Source: a virus (taxonomy: Duplodnaviria; Caudoviricetes). From it: 36,753 nt of DNA. The position numbers were made by a program, and so were the translations under genes. The DNA is taken from positions 1 to 36,753 of IMG/VR virus record IMGVR_UViG_3300036785_000941, one strand, 5' to 3'. Numbering within the stretch: position 1 is the stretch's first letter; each line of letters begins with the position of its first letter. Of this stretch, positions 35,697 through 36,753 are shown piece after piece. The notes beneath the pieces were generated by a model that worked only from the letters and a program-made list of their open reading frames with translations, searched no databases and had not been told where the DNA came from.

Positions 35697-36753
35697 CAGG
35701 CAGCGGCCGGCGGTGGGTCTTCGTTGGCCGGGCCAAGTTCCTTGCGGCGGGCCACAAAGGCGTTGTCCAGCTTGGCGAACAGGTCGGGGTTTTCACGGCG
35801 CAGCCGTGTCATGACCACCTGGACGTTGGGTGACGTGCCCAGTTCCTGCCACTGCGCGAGGTTCTTCACGTCCAGCCGCAGGTGGTTCATCATGTTGTTG
35901 ACCCACAGATCGTCGTCCGACCGCTTGGGTTCCGGGTCGGGCGCCAGATGCAGGCCACCGCGGGTGGGTGTGGATTCTGTCTGCGCGGGCTTGGCGGGCG
36001 CTGCCAGCTCGATCACCCAGTCGGGCAAGCCGGCCTTCAACTGATCACCGCGTTCCCGCACTGCCTTGACCAGCAACAGCCGGGTCGGCAGCGGGGCCTG
36101 TTCCATGATCGGGCGCTGCACCGTCAGCCACTGAGCGAGTTCACCCTGCCAAGCGTTCAGCAGGTGACGGAAGCCGTTCACGTAGTCGGCCCAGTCCGGG
36201 CGGCCGGTGGTGCGGTTCTTCAGGGCGACCGCGATTGGCTGAGCCGGCGCCGGGCGCGCGTCCATGGCAGCCAGGATTTCGGCCGCGTCTGGGAACGCCT
36301 TGCAGGCTTCCAGCCCGTCTTCGTTGTTCGCGATCAGGGTGGCCTTGTCCCTGGCATGGTGCCACAGGTCAATGAAGCCTTCCGCCCAGGCCACCGGGTC
36401 GGTGAAGGTGCCCGGATCGAAGTCACCAACCTCGTCCAACAGGTAGGCTTCGAAGGCTGGCGGTGCCGGCGGTATGGGTCGCGGTGGCACTGGCGGTGGG
36501 GCCGGTGGCGGTTCGTCCTGTGGCGGCTTCTGATCTTCCGCGTCGATGGTCGGGGCGTCATCACCGGGATCGCGGTAATTGAAGGCGCCGCCGACATCCT
36601 GATCGCTGTCTTCGCGTTCCACTTCCTGGATGTCCATGGGCGTGGCGGTGCCGTCAATGATCGGGGCGAAGTTCATCCCCTTGCCCTTGTCGGTGGCGTC
36701 TTCTAGGCCCATGGCCACCCTGAGTTCCGGGCAGCGCGGGACGATCTTCATGG
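35696..36753 (-). CDS. 5'-truncated protein, possibly RecT-like annealase with long C-terminal extension
   Basis: Runs to the window edge; KIVPRCPELRVAMGLED resembles the RecT end motif KxLPxSxExxxAxxxD, followed by an acidic/Pro linker. Confidence 0.4.
   Translation of the reverse strand, partial: MKIVPRCPELRVAMGLEDATDKGKGMNFAPIIDGTATPMDIQEVEREDSDQDVGGAFNYRDPGDDAPTIDAEDQKPPQDEPPPAPPPVPPRPIPPAPPAFEAYLLDEVGDFDPGTFTDPVAWAEGFIDLWHHARDKATLIANNEDGLEACKAFPDAAEILAAMDARPAPAQPIAVALKNRTTGRPDWADYVNGFRHLLNAWQGELAQWLTVQRPIMEQAPLPTRLLLVKAVRERGDQLKAGLPDWVIELAAPAKPAQTESTPTRGGLHLAPDPEPKRSDDDLWVNNMMNHLRLDVKNLAQWQELGTSPNVQVVMTRLRRENPDLFAKLDNAFVARRKELGPANEDPPPAAA

Noticed and set aside
34856-36706. Long alternative ORFs (34856-35677 -, 35286-36044 +, 35882-36706 +)
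   Set aside because: Shadow frames of high-GC coding sequence; only the last 40 codons of the first look like a real gene.
1-36753. Tailocin, T6SS or GTA interpretation; prophage boundaries
   Set aside because: Capsid, neck and early-type genes indicate a full phage; no integrase, att site or host gene is visible, so lifestyle cannot be called.

Overview
High-GC tailed-phage (or prophage) fragment carrying the late operon of a contractile-tailed phage with a DUF2184-type capsid, DUF3383-type sheath and DUF3277-type tube (Bcep781/Aaphi23-like layout). The + strand (1-33957) runs: 5'-truncated ADP-ribosyltransferase-domain protein, scaffold, capsid cement, major capsid, head-tail/neck genes interrupted by three large fibre genes plus an adaptor and a LamG lectin, enlarged sheath, tube, -1 frameshifted tail chaperone, baseplate hub (placed before the tape measure), tape measure with lysozyme-like domain, baseplate, tail fibre, a Tae/BPSL0067-like amidase and small membrane genes. 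An intrinsic terminator at ~34007-34038 follows, then convergent - strand genes including a tandem Myb-like/Zn-ribbon protein and a truncated RecT-like gene. Most notable: two Acb2/Tad1-like helical-hairpin genes in the structural operon, the ART with a small downstream partner, a nested self-inserted sheath domain, an antisense gene sharing a palindromic RBS with the sheath, and the Myb-like regulator. All family calls come from motif recall and gene order; no searches were run. No rRNA, tRNA, CRISPR array, integrase or reverse transcriptase was seen.
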